A stretch of DNA of 63,454 nucleotides, the filler included, from Phoronis australis (lineage: Eukaryota > Animalia > Phoronida), in NCBI GenBank assembly GCA_002633005.1. It is 7 parts of 7 records of this genome, joined end to end, with 100 filler letters (N's around TTAATTAATTAA, not from the genome) between each part and the next. Parts side by side here need not be neighbours in the genome. Positions count along the whole stretch, not along the records: positions 12,646 to 31,926 come from NMRA01001448.1; positions 32,027 to 50,252 come from NMRA01001471.1; 5 more parts are not named here. One strand, written 5' to 3'. A program made the translations under genes and the position numbers. Below are positions 24,698 through 36,826 of the stretch, in pieces; the stretch's first letter is position 1; each line of letters starts with the position of its first letter. The notes under the pieces were generated by a model that was not told the origin of the DNA, did not search any database, and saw only the letters and a program-made list of their open reading frames with translations.

Positions 24698-27600
24698 TGT
24701 GACGTGGAATCATTTATAAGAATTGTTTGTGTTATAGTTAGTCATTTCCTTAGTATTAGCCCACGTGTCATGGTTATTTGTCAATGATTGTGTATATAAA
24801 TGACTTGGAGTGCAGAATAAAATCAGTTGCCATTTAGTCAGCACAACGACTTGTTATTTAGATAGGTTCACTGCTGAACTGTCTAGTTATCACCACTGTG
24901 TATCTACCGACACTGCGAGGCAACTCACACGGCGAACCCCTATACTACATAGCCAGAATTTCTCCACATTTTCTGGTGCCGTGGCCAACAGAGGAGAAGA
25001 ACCGAGAACCAACCAGCTTGACTCAACCAGCCTGCTGCCAGCCCAGCGACGACACAACGCCAACTGCAAACTACTACAGTCTCAAAGACGATCACGACGA
25101 CCATTAACTACAACGAAGCATGGATCTCGCCCAGAAACGCCAACAACAAGCCAGAAAGCACATAGAACGCTACATTGATGAAGTCACCGACATGATGCAA
25201 TCGCTCCAAGCCAAGGACCTAAAAACGCTAGACAACCGTCTAGGCGTCATCGCACAACAACGAAAGCTATATGAAGATTACCAGAAAGAACTTTTAGAAC
25301 TCATGCCAGACGACGCCGAAAAACTCAATTACCTGGGGGACACCGACGACTTCCTCATGGAAACATACTGCCTGTTCAGCGATCTCCAGAATCAACGAGA
25401 TGATATGTTTGAACTACTGAAGACCACGCCAGCTCCGCCATCCACAGCGCCTGCCGCCGCCAGCCCAACCACAACAATGCCCGTAGACCCTGCCACGACT
25501 ACAGCAACCACACCACCATCTACTGACCCAGCGACTGCCACACCGATAATCAGCAGCCCCACAACTCCTGCTGCCATGACTACTACGACTGCCGCAACAA
25601 TGCCGGCCACCTCTACGCCTGCCACAACTATGCCAACAACGACCATGCCTGCCGCACCAATGCCGGCCGCCGCCTCGACTGCAACAATGACGCCCACTGC
25701 CACGCCAATAGCTGCCTCCGCGACTACAACTACACCGCCTATGACGACTCCATCCGTGCCGAAACGAACTCAACTACCGAAAATACAGCTTCAGAAATTC
25801 TCTGGAAATGTGCTTGAATGGATGTCATTCTGGGATTCATTCAACGCAGCCATCCACTCTGATGACCTCCTGCAACCTGTACAAAAGCTACAGTACCTAC
25901 GATCCTACCTTTTGGGAGATGCCCTCAAGGTAATAGACGGATTTCCACTGACAAACACCAACTACGAAGATGCCCTGACCGTTCTCCAACGACGATACGC
26001 CAAGCCAGAAGTTTTGCTCCGCAAACTCCACGATGCCATCCACGCCGAGCCGCCACCGAGTACAGATACTGCCAGCCTTCAACGCTTCCACGACCAGATG
26101 GAAACGCACGTGAGGAAACTCCACAACCTTGGGAAAGAGGAAGCCACATACAACGATTTTGTGGTCCACACCATCACTACGAAACTGCCCCAGAACCTGA
26201 TGACACAACTGAGCCGTGATCATGGTGCCAATCCATGGACAGTCACAGAACTACTGCAAGCCCTTGACAACGAGGTCACTGCCCGACAAGCCAGCCGAGA
26301 CAACGCTCCTGTAAGTACTGACAGTTTTTCCACCGCCAACTTCTACGTCAGTTCACGATCCAATCATCAGATGTCCCATACATCCCGATTTCAAAGGGAC
26401 CCCAACCGCCGACAGCACTCCACATCCCCTCAACCACGACGCCAGCAATTTCAACACCAAATGCCGAGATATCTGCAACGACCAGCGACCAACAACGCTC
26501 AACACTCCTGTGTTTTTTGTTCTCAACCTCATCAGTCTCACAGCTGCCCAGTTATATCTGATGCCGGAGGCCGCCTAGAAGTTATACGACGACAGAAGCT
26601 GTGCTTCAATTGTTTCAAGAACCACACAGCTGCAGAATGCCGAAATCCACACTCATGTAAAAACTGTAATGGAAGACATCACACCACCATATGCTCTGCT
26701 CTCCGCCAAGGACAGTCACACCAGTCTCAGCAGTCTGCCCGACCACACCAAAGCCAGGGCTCACCCAACCGAGGACAACCCGCTCATGTCAACATGATGT
26801 CCAACGAGTATGCTCCACCACCTGCACTACCCAACTACAACCTGCCACAAGTCCCTGCCCCAGTGCAAACACCCGTCCCACCTGTGCCTGCAACCGCTGC
26901 ACCACCACTGCCAGCCACTCATGTGAAATTGACACCAACGTCTGGACCTGTTTTATTGAAAACAGCTGTTGCAACAGTCTCCAGTGGTCAACACAAAGCC
27001 AAGGTCAACATCCTGCTAGATGAAGGCTCACAACGGACATTCATTAGTCAACAGACAACTGACAAGCTACAGATTGATCCCAGCAGATGCCCTGTGGAGA
27101 CCATTAATTTGTCAACATTTGGAGCTGACCAGCCAACACAGCAATGTAACCCGATCACCAGCATTGATTTGGAAACTAAACAAGGTACCCTACAGTTATC
27201 AGCACTAATTGTCAACAAGATTTCACCGCCTATGGCCAATTACACACCCCAGGTCTTGGAACATTATGGATATTTATCGACTCTGCCTACTGCACCCCAC
27301 GCTGACGGATCAACGATGGACATCGATTATTTTTGGTCCATTGTTGGAAATCACACAATTCGTGGTCCAGGACCCACAGCTGTTGACTCTAAACTCGGCT
27401 ATTTGATGTCTGGTCCAACCAATATCTCCGCGCCCACACAAACCATGATGACAACGACCTGCCTACTCACTGAAACAGAGGACACCACCCACGATGACCT
27501 CATAACTCGATACTGGGACCTAGAGACCATTGGCATAACAGATAATTCAGTGCAAATTACACAAGATTTTGAAGCCTACCGGGAAACCAGCATCACTCAA

Positions 27601-30600
27601 GACGCGGACGGTAAATACACTGCCCGTTTGCCATGGAAAGCCGACCACCCCTTCCTGCCATCGAACTACGGAACTACCTACCACAGAACTCGATCCCTGG
27701 TGCGCCGACTGCCCGCTGAGACCCTCGCTGTCTACAACAAAATCATCCAAGAACAGCTAGACAGAGATTTCATCGAAATGGTACCCCGACACAACCCTTC
27801 GGAAAGTCATTATATTCCACACCACTGCGTGAAGAAAGACAGTGTTACCATGCCCATCCAAATCGTCTATGACTGCAGCTGTTCTTCCAAGGAACACCCC
27901 AGCCTGAATGACTGCTTAGAAGTTGGACCTCCACTCNCGACTGCCCGCTGAGACCCTCGCTGTCTACAACAAAATCATCCAAGAACAGCTCGACAGAGAT
28001 TTCATCGAAATGGTACCCCGACCCAACCCTTCGGAAGGTCATTATATTCCACACCACTACGTGAAGAAAGACAGTGTTACCAAGGAACACCCCAGCCTGA
28101 ATGACTGCTTAGAAGTTGGACCTCCACTCATGAATGACCTGCTACCCATTTTGTTGAGGTTCCGCTCCCACCCCATCGCACTCTCCAGCGACATTGAGAA
28201 GGCCTTTCTCAACGTACGACTTCACGAAGATGACCGTGATTACACCAAGTTCCTGTGGCTCAGCGACCCATCTGACCCTGAAAGCCCATTTCAGGTGTAC
28301 CGATTCAAGTCCGTACTGTTTGGATCTCGCAGTTCGCTCTTCATTCTACACTCCGTGTTGAAAACCCACCTCGAGAAGTACAACTCGTCAACTGCGGAAG
28401 ACATCAAAAACAACATTTACGTCGACAATGTCCTCACTGGTGCACACAACAACAGTTCGCACACCAGCCAACCAAACAAAGAGGTCACGTCAACCGCCAA
28501 CCCACAGAGTACCACTCCAAATGCTCAGGTGCACCTGGCACCCACAGCAAGGCCAGTTTTGTTGAAGACTGCCGCTGCCAACATTGAGAGAGAGAGAGGC
28601 ATCGCACTAAGGTAAATAATTTATGCGATGAAGGTCCGCAACGAACGATTCTGACTGCCAGGGCCGCCCAGCACTTGAATGTTGACACTGACCGTGCTAC
28701 TAGAGAAACGATCGACTTATCCACTTTCGGATATTCTACTGCCCAACTGCAGGTACTGTGAGCGGCGGGGCTGTAACCGGTAATAATGGCATCAAACTTG
28801 AACCAGNGATAAAATGACACGTGATTGATGAAAAGCGCCATCTGTTAGCCGTAAAGGTTTTGGATGAGCGGGTACCTTTTGCGCCGAGCACCCATTCCTG
28901 CCATCGAACTACGGAACTACCTACCACAGAACTCGATCCCTGGTGCGCCGACTGCCCGCTGAGACCCTCGCTGTCTACAACAAAATCATCCAAGAACAGC
29001 TCGACAGAGATTTCATCGAAATGGTACCCCGACACAACCCTTCGGAAGGTCATTATATTCCACACCATTGCGTGAAGAAAGACAGTGTTACCACGCCCAT
29101 CCGAATCGTCTATGACTGCAGCTGTTCTTCCAAGGAACACTCCAGCCTGAATGACTGCTTAGAAGTTGGACCTCCACTCATGAATGACCTGCTACCCATT
29201 TTGCTGAGGTTCCGCTCTCACCCCATCGCACTCTCCAGCGACATTGAGGAGGCCTTTCTCAACGTACGACTTCACGAAGATGACTGTGATTACACCAAGT
29301 TCCTGTGGCTCAGCGACCCATCTGACCCTGAAAGCCCATTTCAGGTGTACCGATTCAAGTCNCTGTTTGGATCTCGCAGCTCGCCCTTCATTCTACACTC
29401 CGTGTTGAAAACCCACCTCGAGAAGTACAACTCGTCAACAGCGGAAGACATCAAAAACAACATTTACGTCGACAATGTCCTGACTGGTGCACACAATTCC
29501 ACAGAAGCAGCACAAACCTACATGGATTCTAATGCAATCCTACAACAAGGTGGTTTCAAGTTACGATCATGGAGCACTAATGACCCACATCTGCAGCAGA
29601 AGATGAACACAGACAACACTGGTGATTCAACCCAAGTGGTCAACGCTCTGGGACTGAAATGGAATACCACAACAGATCAACTTGGCTTCAATCAAGACAG
29701 CCATCAGCATACCGGTGACATAACCAAGCGACATGTCCTGAAGATGACTTCAGCTCTATTTGACCCACTGGGATGTTTAGCTCCAGTGCACATCCAAGCG
29801 AAATGCTTCATTCAACGATTGTGGTTACAGAAGATTACCTGGGATGAACAACTGTCTCCTGATCTATGCAAGGAATGGACAAAGACATCTGACGAATTAT
29901 TTCATTCAACAATTGTGGTTACAGAAGATTACCTGGGATGAACAACTGTCTCCTGATCTATGCAAGGAATGGACAAGGACATCTGACGAATTAACAAAGG
30001 CCAGATCAATCAATTTGCCAAGAAGATATTTCACAACAAGCCAAGCCGATGCCTACGATCTACACATATTTGCTGATGCCAGTAAACAAGCCTATGGCAG
30101 TGTAGAATACCTGACAAATGGAACCCACACTGCCCTTACACTCGCCAAGACTAGAGTAAAACCAACGAAGGACGTCACCTTGCCCCGACTGGAACTCATG
30201 GGAGCACTGATTGGTGCCCGCCTTGCACAATTCCTCAAAGACGCATTTCAACACCAACATCAAGATCCGCAACACCTACTTATGGAGTGACAGCCAAATA
30301 ACCCTCCACTGGCTCTCTTGTGAACGTAATCTGCCAACATTTGTCGCCAACAGAGTCCGAGAAATACGGGACGCCAAATTCACAGCCATCAGATACTGTC
30401 CAACCAAGAGCAACCCTGCCGACCTGCTGACCCGTGGTATCTCAGCCTCCCGCCTTCAACAATCTACGCTCTGGTGGCATGGTCCCGAGTGGCTACTCAG
30501 TGGCGAATGGCCCGAAGATTGCATACCCGACACCACAACACTGTCATGCATGGCAGACTCATGCAACACCCTTGACGGAATTCTTGGGAACCTGACACCT

Positions 30601-31800
30601 TCCCTGATGGACAACAATGACAGACAACTTGACACTGTACCTGCTACTGTCAGCCTGACGGTATTCTTGGGAACCTGACACCTTCCGTGATGGACAACAA
30701 TGACAGACAACTTGACACTGTACCTGCTACTGTCAGCCAGGATCCGCCACCCGCACCGCCACCTACCGCGCCCATTGGCATACAACACGCCATAGATATG
30801 AACAGGTTTTCGACGCTTCCTAAGCTGTTACAAGTTACAGCTCATGCCCTCAAGTTTGTTGCCAGATTACGCAAGAAGACAACCACAGTTGGACCCATCA
30901 CTACAGACGATATCCAGACTGCAAGATTCCTATGGCTACATCATATCCAAGAGCAGCACTACAGTACAGTGATTCAAGTTTTGAATGGTGCCAAGCAGAC
31001 ATCTCCATTGGTGCGACAATTGAAACTATTCCTAGATGAAGACGGTTTACTCCGATGTGGAGGGAGACTTGACAATGCCAATATACCTTACCACAACAAA
31101 TACCCGATCCTGCTACCACCGACATCACCATTCTCAACACTGCTGATCAAGGATGCACACCAGAGGTCACTCCATGCAGGAGTAGTTGGAACCATGATAC
31201 AGATCAGACAGCACTACTGGATCCCCAAACTGCGACAGACCGTCAAGAGCATATTACGCCGCTGCGTTAGATGTCTGAAAGTTATTGGCAAACCATACGT
31301 ATATCCCATACTTTTACCAGCCGATTGCGAGTTTACGAGGCTGATTGTACGATCAGCGCACCATGCAATGTTACATACACGAGTTCTGTCAACTACAGCG
31401 TACATCCAACAAACATATTGGATTCCACGCATCCGCCAAATTTTCAAAGCTGTTATTCGAAAGTGTGTTACCTGCTTGAAAGTTAATGGGATATCTTACA
31501 GTGTACCTGTGGAGCCACCTTTGCCTAAATCCCGACTAGAAAAAGCGCCACCATTTACCGTTACTGGAGTGGACTTCACAGGGGTACTATACGTACTACA
31601 AAAACGCGCAATCGCGACAAAACAAATGCTGCGTTTGTTTGTTTACCTGTGCGGTTACTAGAGCTGTTCACCTGGAGCGTGTGACTGACATGTCTACTGA
31701 GACATTCATCAATGCCTTCCGCCGTTTCGCCAGCAAACGATCTCTACCTACCAATGTGATGTCTGACAATGCTACTATACCTTTCAATCTCCTGGTGAGG
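24698..31800 (+). mobile_element. BEL/Pao LTR retrotransposon (5' LTR about 24698-24968, PBS 24974, gag-pol from 25120), rearranged, no 3' LTR
   Basis: LTR ending ...tctccaca, tRNA-His PBS, and BEL domain order gag-PR-RT-RH-IN. Internal duplications occur at single Ns. Confidence 0.93.
25120..27951 (+). CDS. BEL/Pao Gag-protease polyprotein portion
   Basis: LPKIQLQKFSGNVLEWMSFWDSF (DUF1759-type), three Cys/His knuckles (CVFCSQPH..C, CFNCFKNH...C, CKNCNGRHHTTIC) and aspartic protease LLDEGSQRTFI. Confidence 0.9.
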   Translation: MDLAQKRQQQARKHIERYIDEVTDMMQSLQAKDLKTLDNRLGVIAQQRKLYEDYQKELLELMPDDAEKLNYLGDTDDFLMETYCLFSDLQNQRDDMFELLKTTPAPPSTAPAAASPTTTMPVDPATTTATTPPSTDPATATPIISSPTTPAAMTTTTAATMPATSTPATTMPTTTMPAAPMPAAASTATMTPTATPIAASATTTTPPMTTPSVPKRTQLPKIQLQKFSGNVLEWMSFWDSFNAAIHSDDLLQPVQKLQYLRSYLLGDALKVIDGFPLTNTNYEDALTVLQRRYAKPEVLLRKLHDAIHAEPPPSTDTASLQRFHDQMETHVRKLHNLGKEEATYNDFVVHTITTKLPQNLMTQLSRDHGANPWTVTELLQALDNEVTARQASRDNAPVSTDSFSTANFYVSSRSNHQMSHTSRFQRDPNRRQHSTSPQPRRQQFQHQMPRYLQRPATNNAQHSCVFCSQPHQSHSCPVISDAGGRLEVIRRQKLCFNCFKNHTAAECRNPHSCKNCNGRHHTTICSALRQGQSHQSQQSARPHQSQGSPNRGQPAHVNMMSNEYAPPPALPNYNLPQVPAPVQTPVPPVPATAAPPLPATHVKLTPTSGPVLLKTAVATVSSGQHKAKVNILLDEGSQRTFISQQTTDKLQIDPSRCPVETINLSTFGADQPTQQCNPITSIDLETKQGTLQLSALIVNKISPPMANYTPQVLEHYGYLSTLPTAPHADGSTMDIDYFWSIVGNHTIRGPGPTAVDSKLGYLMSGPTNISAPTQTMMTTTCLLTETEDTTHDDLITRYWDLETIGITDNSVQITQDFEAYRETSITQDADGKYTARLPWKADHPFLPSNYGTTYHRTRSLVRRLPAETLAVYNKIIQEQLDRDFIEMVPRHNPSESHYIPHHCVKKDSVTMPIQIVYDCSCSSKEHPSLNDCLEVGPPLXTAR

Positions 31801-31842
31801 CCACCATACAATGGGGCTATTCGGAAAATCTACAATAACTAG
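28943..31842 (+). pseudogene. BEL/Pao Pol (RT, RNase H, integrase), frameshifted
   Basis: SLNDCLEVGP, SSDIEEAFL, YVDN (RT); FADASKQAYG, LPRLELMGA, WSDSQI, NPADLLTRG (RNase H region); HHCC zinc finger, GVDFTG, TRAVHLE, SDNAT (integrase). Confidence 0.92.
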
Positions 31843-33305
31843 AGGGCGTTCGTGTACTAGTGGTGATAGATTAACAGCCTCGATTTCGCGAGCCCTTTAA
31901 ATACATGGTGAAATGGCTTGCAGCCGNNNNNNNNNNNNNNNNNNNNNNNNNNNNNNNNNNNNNNNNNNNNTTAATTAATTAANNNNNNNNNNNNNNNNNN
32001 NNNNNNNNNNNNNNNNNNNNNNNNNNTGAATAATGGACATTGCCCGTTACTCGACTTTTATCTACAACGCTTAATTTTTTGTTTGAATGCGGTATTTAGG
32101 GATGTTTTTTTACTTTTTTTGAAATACCCATGTGTCATACATTTTTGAAAAGCCCTTGGTGTGAGCAATGAAATGGTGCAAAAATCAGGAAAAATTGGGT
32201 GAGCGGTTACCGAGAAAATGGCCGTTGAAACGCAACAATTATGCATAAAATATCTGCCTTCTTACATAATTTCGTAAAAAATAAAAGAATATACATGTGC
32301 TGCAAATAAAAATTGAGACAAACATGGTGGTGTGTATTATATACAATTTGGATCGATTTCTACAGAGATATTGCTGTTATGAGTGTTAGCATATGGAACA
32401 GGCTCATCATGAACCTCATGTTTGATAAAAACAATGGATTGCACAGCTTTAAAGGTAAAGAGCAAAAAACAACATATCAGCTCAAAAATAAATACATCTG
32501 AGCTAGGAAGAAATTTCACATCAAACCACAAAACAACATTGGTTGATTTGGGGAGAGGCAAGGCCCCCCCCCCTAAAAACTCCCAGATTTCATTTGGCAG
32601 TGTGAGGGTGCAAATATCTTACGGGTGAAATCCTGCGTAATACTCTGCCCTGCTCCCCATCTAAAAATCCTAGATCTGCCCCTGAATACTACTACATGGG
32701 CAACACATCATGGCCCGACAGGGGGCTGTGGAAGGCTATAGCACCCCCACTTTTTTCAGTGCTGGGTGCCACCCATGTACTATTTGATCGTATCATAGCA
32801 AAAAACATCAGAAAGTAGACAAAAGACCATGATTTGGGAAAACAAATCACTCTTAACATGAACGATTTCATCATTTACGCAACAAAAACACTTTGTAACA
32901 ACTTTATTTCGAACGGTGAAGTTACCATGCCCGAACTTCAACGTAGCCGCTCGTGGCGTCGACGTGCGACGACTTAGTGAACTAACGACTGCTGTTTGAA
33001 AAGTGCCAATTGGCGCAGCAGTTTGACAGAATTTCAGGAAAACATTTCGTAAACATGATTCATGGCTTCGCATGAATGATTCGTGGGTTCGTAGATGATT
33101 CTAAGTTCCTGAACTTCTGGAAGGATTTTCTAATGGACATGATAACATTTAACAAATCAGACAAATACGTTTTATTAAAATAATACATCATAATTCTTTT
33201 CAAAATCTCTAAGGAATGTAGAAGTCAAAATGGCGCAATCAGACGACATGGCGAAAAGCGAACGTCTGGCGATGGATCGTCCGATTCAGTTCATCATTAC
33301 AGTAG

Positions 33306-36300
33306 TGTTGTGAATGTTGGTTTGTGTGGTCTCGTCTTTCGTGTTGTCTTGTGTGTTCGTGTTCGTCCGTGGGTTTCCGTCAGTGGCCGGATGTTGTAAG
33401 TTCTAGTTTTGTCACGTGAATGGGGAATCGAGATCTGAGCTCTCTTCGTGTGGCTCTGCTGCACGCAGGACGTCTGCGTTTGTGGGTCGGCATCTCAAGC
33501 GTGTATTCAAGCTTTCATATGAGTAGAGGTAAGCTGCACGAGAACCTGTGTATCAAGTCACAACATTTGGCGTAGTTGGCTACGTGCAGTTTCCACCTTT
33601 GCACCGAGTGGCGGGTAATTCAAATTTTCGCGAATTATTTTACTCTTGTCATTCGGTACCACCCGTGTCGTAGCGGGTAGGTCACTGAACACGGGTGTTC
33701 AGCTGTTTCGTTTATTATATTCTTCATTTTTCATTTTTGTCTAGTAAATATAAGTACCATTAGTATAATTTTTATTTGGTATTGTTTTCAAGTTCAGTCT
33801 TTTCAGACCTACATTTAATTAGTGCCACACCCTTTGTGGTACCATAACATGGCGTCCAAGATTCTAATCAATTCTTGTGACGTTACAACACTGTTGGACC
33901 TTCCGGGTTATGACTACTGATGTTGCTGCTGCAGTTATGGACTTCAGAGCAATATTAGCTATTACTCCGGAGAATGTGTGCAAGANACATTTAATTAGTG
34001 CCACACCCTTTGTGGTACCATAACATGGCGTCCAAGATTCTAATCAATTTTTGTGACGCTACAACACTGTTGGGCCTTCCGGGTATGACTACTGATGTTG
34101 CTGCTGCATTTATGGACTTCAGAGCAATATTAGCTATTACTCCGGAGAATTTGTGCAAGATACATTCCAGTTGGAAGCCAACCAAGACTGTACAGAAGTC
34201 CATAGACTTTACAGTCCCATGCGGTCTGCCAGAAGATTTGGAGGAAGTAGTCAAGGTTTGTGACGAATATGGTAAGAAAACCTCATCAATACTTACCTCT
34301 AGCCCTGACTATTCATTTTCCAAGTTGGCAGCTAAACTGACTCCGTCGTCAGAGACTGGTAGTGGCGTTGCTTATGCAAAGTCTCATTCGCATACTAGCA
34401 TGTCACCTATGCCCTCTGGCTCTGGCACTCATTACCTGTCACGTCTCCCACGCAACCTAATCTTTAGTGGCAAGTTAGGTACATGGGAGGACTTTCTATG
34501 GAAGTTCAGTAATGTTGCCCGAGACAATTTTTGGTCAGGTCAAAAATGTAGAGCGGAGCTGGGCATGTGCTTGGAAGGTGATGCCTCTCGTTGGTTTTTC
34601 AACCATATTAAAGCTCATCCACACTCAAGTTTCGACCAAGTTGTGGATCATATGACCTATCGTTTTGGGGCAGATGTCGAGTGCAATGAAGTGCACCAAC
34701 TTAGGTTCCAGTCAGCCAAGCAGACTTCTGACGAGTCCTTAGAACAATGGGCTGACCGTCTTACAAGTTTATTGCTGTTGGCCTTTCCAGAGGCGAGGGA
34801 CTCTGATAAAGCTCAGGCGGTTCTTCGGTTCTGTTTAGGTCTACAGGATAGAGAGGTTGCGCAGTTGGCTATAAACAGTCGACCAAGTACACTCATGGCT
34901 GCCTTGAATGCCGCTAGGTGGTTTTCAACAACCAAAGACTTGATGGCTACTTCCAATTCACCGAAGTCAGTATCTTTTTGTAGAGAAGGGAATATGGAAG
35001 GAGATGAAGTTGCTGTTCGCCAAGTAACCAAGAAGCCAGATCTTAAGTTCATTCCTCGTAGCTCCTTAGAGTCTCGATTAGATGTTCTTGAGGGTAGGTG
35101 CAATGACTTAGATGCGTCGGTTTCATTTCTTATGACTGACAATGCTAAGCTTCATAAGAAGATGGATGAGTTAAAGTCTGACCTTTTAGAAAATCGGAGG
35201 GAAGTATCAAACAATTTTAACAAGTTGTTTGCAATGTTACAGACACAGTCGCCGAAGCGACCTTCTCCATCTTCACCAAGAGTTTCACCGAGTTCCTCTC
35301 AGGGAAGATCTTCTAATCCTCCTCCCAGGTGTTTCAAGTGTGGAAAGCTGGGTCATTATCAGTCGGCTTGTTGGAATTCTGTTTCAGCTCGTCGAATGAA
35401 CTTTGACCTCCCTGACAGTAAGAAATTAGTTGGCCTGTTAGGTTTCTTGAAAAAATCGGTTCAGAAATTCATGAAACGTACTAGTTCAACTGAGGCTTTC
35501 CTTTCCAAGACAGCTGAGTCATCTACTCAGACTGCTGGTGAGTTCTCTGTACCTTCAACTGAAGATGATAGAACTGTATCTAATCCAGTAGATAGTATTG
35601 AAGTTTCAGACCCATCAGTTGATAAGATTGCATATGACTCATTGATTACTCAAGATGTTGCAGTTACTGTTTCACAGAATGTCCCACTAACTCCAGGGGG
35701 GCTGTCTCAGCCTGATTTCATACGAGATGTGGCAGTGAGTAGGAACGTCTGTGTCTCTCCTGCAGCGTCAATTGGTGAGTCCGTTCCAGAGACCATAAAG
35801 ATTAAGAAGAGTGCACGTGCATTTCTTCCCAAAGTAGACAAATGTGTTGGAACTAGGCAAGTGATTACGAATCCTGACTCCAACCCTACACTGGCTACTC
35901 AGTCACTTTCTCCATGTGACCTTGACGAGACAGATTTCGGTCTGTCCGGCATTTTTGCTTCAGATGGTGCAGATAATGAAAAGTTTGATCTGAAACCTGA
36001 TGGCTGTTTTATTTATAACAATACAACATCTCCGAATGTTTTAAATATTTCAGCTAAACAGTCCGCAGATCCTGATTTTTCTTTCATTATTAATCGTGAG
36101 GTCACGCAACCAGCAGACCTCATGTTCTGTCCACCATTTGTTAATTTTCTGTAGTAGCTTACTGCGCTACCTTGCTGTTGCTTGTTGTTTTGTGCATTAT
36201 ATGTTTTGTGTTCATTACTTGTTCATATGGTCCAAATGTTAATATTTTTTTTTTAAAAATATATAGTACAGTAAATTCTTCTTGTTACAAGTTTAATTTT

Positions 36301-36826
36301 TTTTTTTTGACCATATGTACCTTGTAACTAGTATTTTTCAAATTTTCAAGTATCCCCAGTCATGTACTTTTGTGAAGTGTTTATTTTTTTTATTGTAAAT
36401 CCGGCCACATAGGTTTTAGTTACTCTAGTATTTTTCGTAGTATAGTTCTTATTTTTCATAATGTATATTAGACATTGGTCAGTTTATTTTTTACTATTTC
36501 ATTAGTTAAGGGGGGAGTAAAGGTTGGGTGGTTTTTTTTTATCATTCTTCTATTTAGGGAGGGGAGGAATGTTGTGAATGTTGGTTTGTGTGGTCTCGTC
36601 TTTCGTGTTGTCTTGTGTGTTCGTGTTCGTCCGTGGGTTTCCGTCAGTGGCCGGATGTTGTAAGTTCTAGTTTTGTCACGTGACTGGGGAATCAAGAGCG
36701 CTCTGTTCGTGTGGCACTGCTGCACGCAGGACGTCTGCGTTTGTGGGTCTTCAACTCAAGCGTGTATTCAAGCTTTCATATGAGTAAAGGTAAGCTGCAC
36801 GAGAACCTGTGTATCGAGTCACAACA
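33306..36826 (+). mobile_element. Non-autonomous Gypsy-like LTR element encoding only Gag (LTRs 33306-33565 and 36570-36826)
   Basis: Similar 257-260 bp LTRs tgttgtga...tcacaaca. PBS tggcgtagttggc resembles the tRNA-Ser complement, and PPT agggaggggaggaa precedes the 3' LTR. Single ORF with no PR/RT/RH/IN motifs. Confidence 0.9.
34025..36154 (+). CDS. Gag-like protein, 709 aa (HhH-like N-terminus, capsid-like domain, coiled coil, CCHC knuckle, long S/T/D-rich tail)
   Basis: ATG in aacATGg context. Motifs INFCDATTLLGLPGM..DVAAAF, FSGKLGTWEDFLWKF, QTSDESLEQWADRL, RFCLGL and CFKCGKLGHYQSAC. Confidence 0.85.
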   Translation: MASKILINFCDATTLLGLPGMTTDVAAAFMDFRAILAITPENLCKIHSSWKPTKTVQKSIDFTVPCGLPEDLEEVVKVCDEYGKKTSSILTSSPDYSFSKLAAKLTPSSETGSGVAYAKSHSHTSMSPMPSGSGTHYLSRLPRNLIFSGKLGTWEDFLWKFSNVARDNFWSGQKCRAELGMCLEGDASRWFFNHIKAHPHSSFDQVVDHMTYRFGADVECNEVHQLRFQSAKQTSDESLEQWADRLTSLLLLAFPEARDSDKAQAVLRFCLGLQDREVAQLAINSRPSTLMAALNAARWFSTTKDLMATSNSPKSVSFCREGNMEGDEVAVRQVTKKPDLKFIPRSSLESRLDVLEGRCNDLDASVSFLMTDNAKLHKKMDELKSDLLENRREVSNNFNKLFAMLQTQSPKRPSPSSPRVSPSSSQGRSSNPPPRCFKCGKLGHYQSACWNSVSARRMNFDLPDSKKLVGLLGFLKKSVQKFMKRTSSTEAFLSKTAESSTQTAGEFSVPSTEDDRTVSNPVDSIEVSDPSVDKIAYDSLITQDVAVTVSQNVPLTPGGLSQPDFIRDVAVSRNVCVSPAASIGESVPETIKIKKSARAFLPKVDKCVGTRQVITNPDSNPTLATQSLSPCDLDETDFGLSGIFASDGADNEKFDLKPDGCFIYNNTTSPNVLNISAKQSADPDFSFIINREVTQPADLMFCPPFVNFL

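Noticed and set aside
23424-25773. Antisense Val/Ala/Gly-rich and Arg/Cys-rich ORFs
   Set aside because: Shadows of the low-complexity Gag linker.
27937-29100. Triplicated RT-proximal BEL segment as a programmed structure
   Set aside because: Junctions coincide with single Ns, so these are most likely collapsed repeat copies.
33808-34164. Duplicated gag start as a regulatory uORF
   Set aside because: The duplication is split by a single N and the element lacks a matching target duplication, suggesting two copies were joined.
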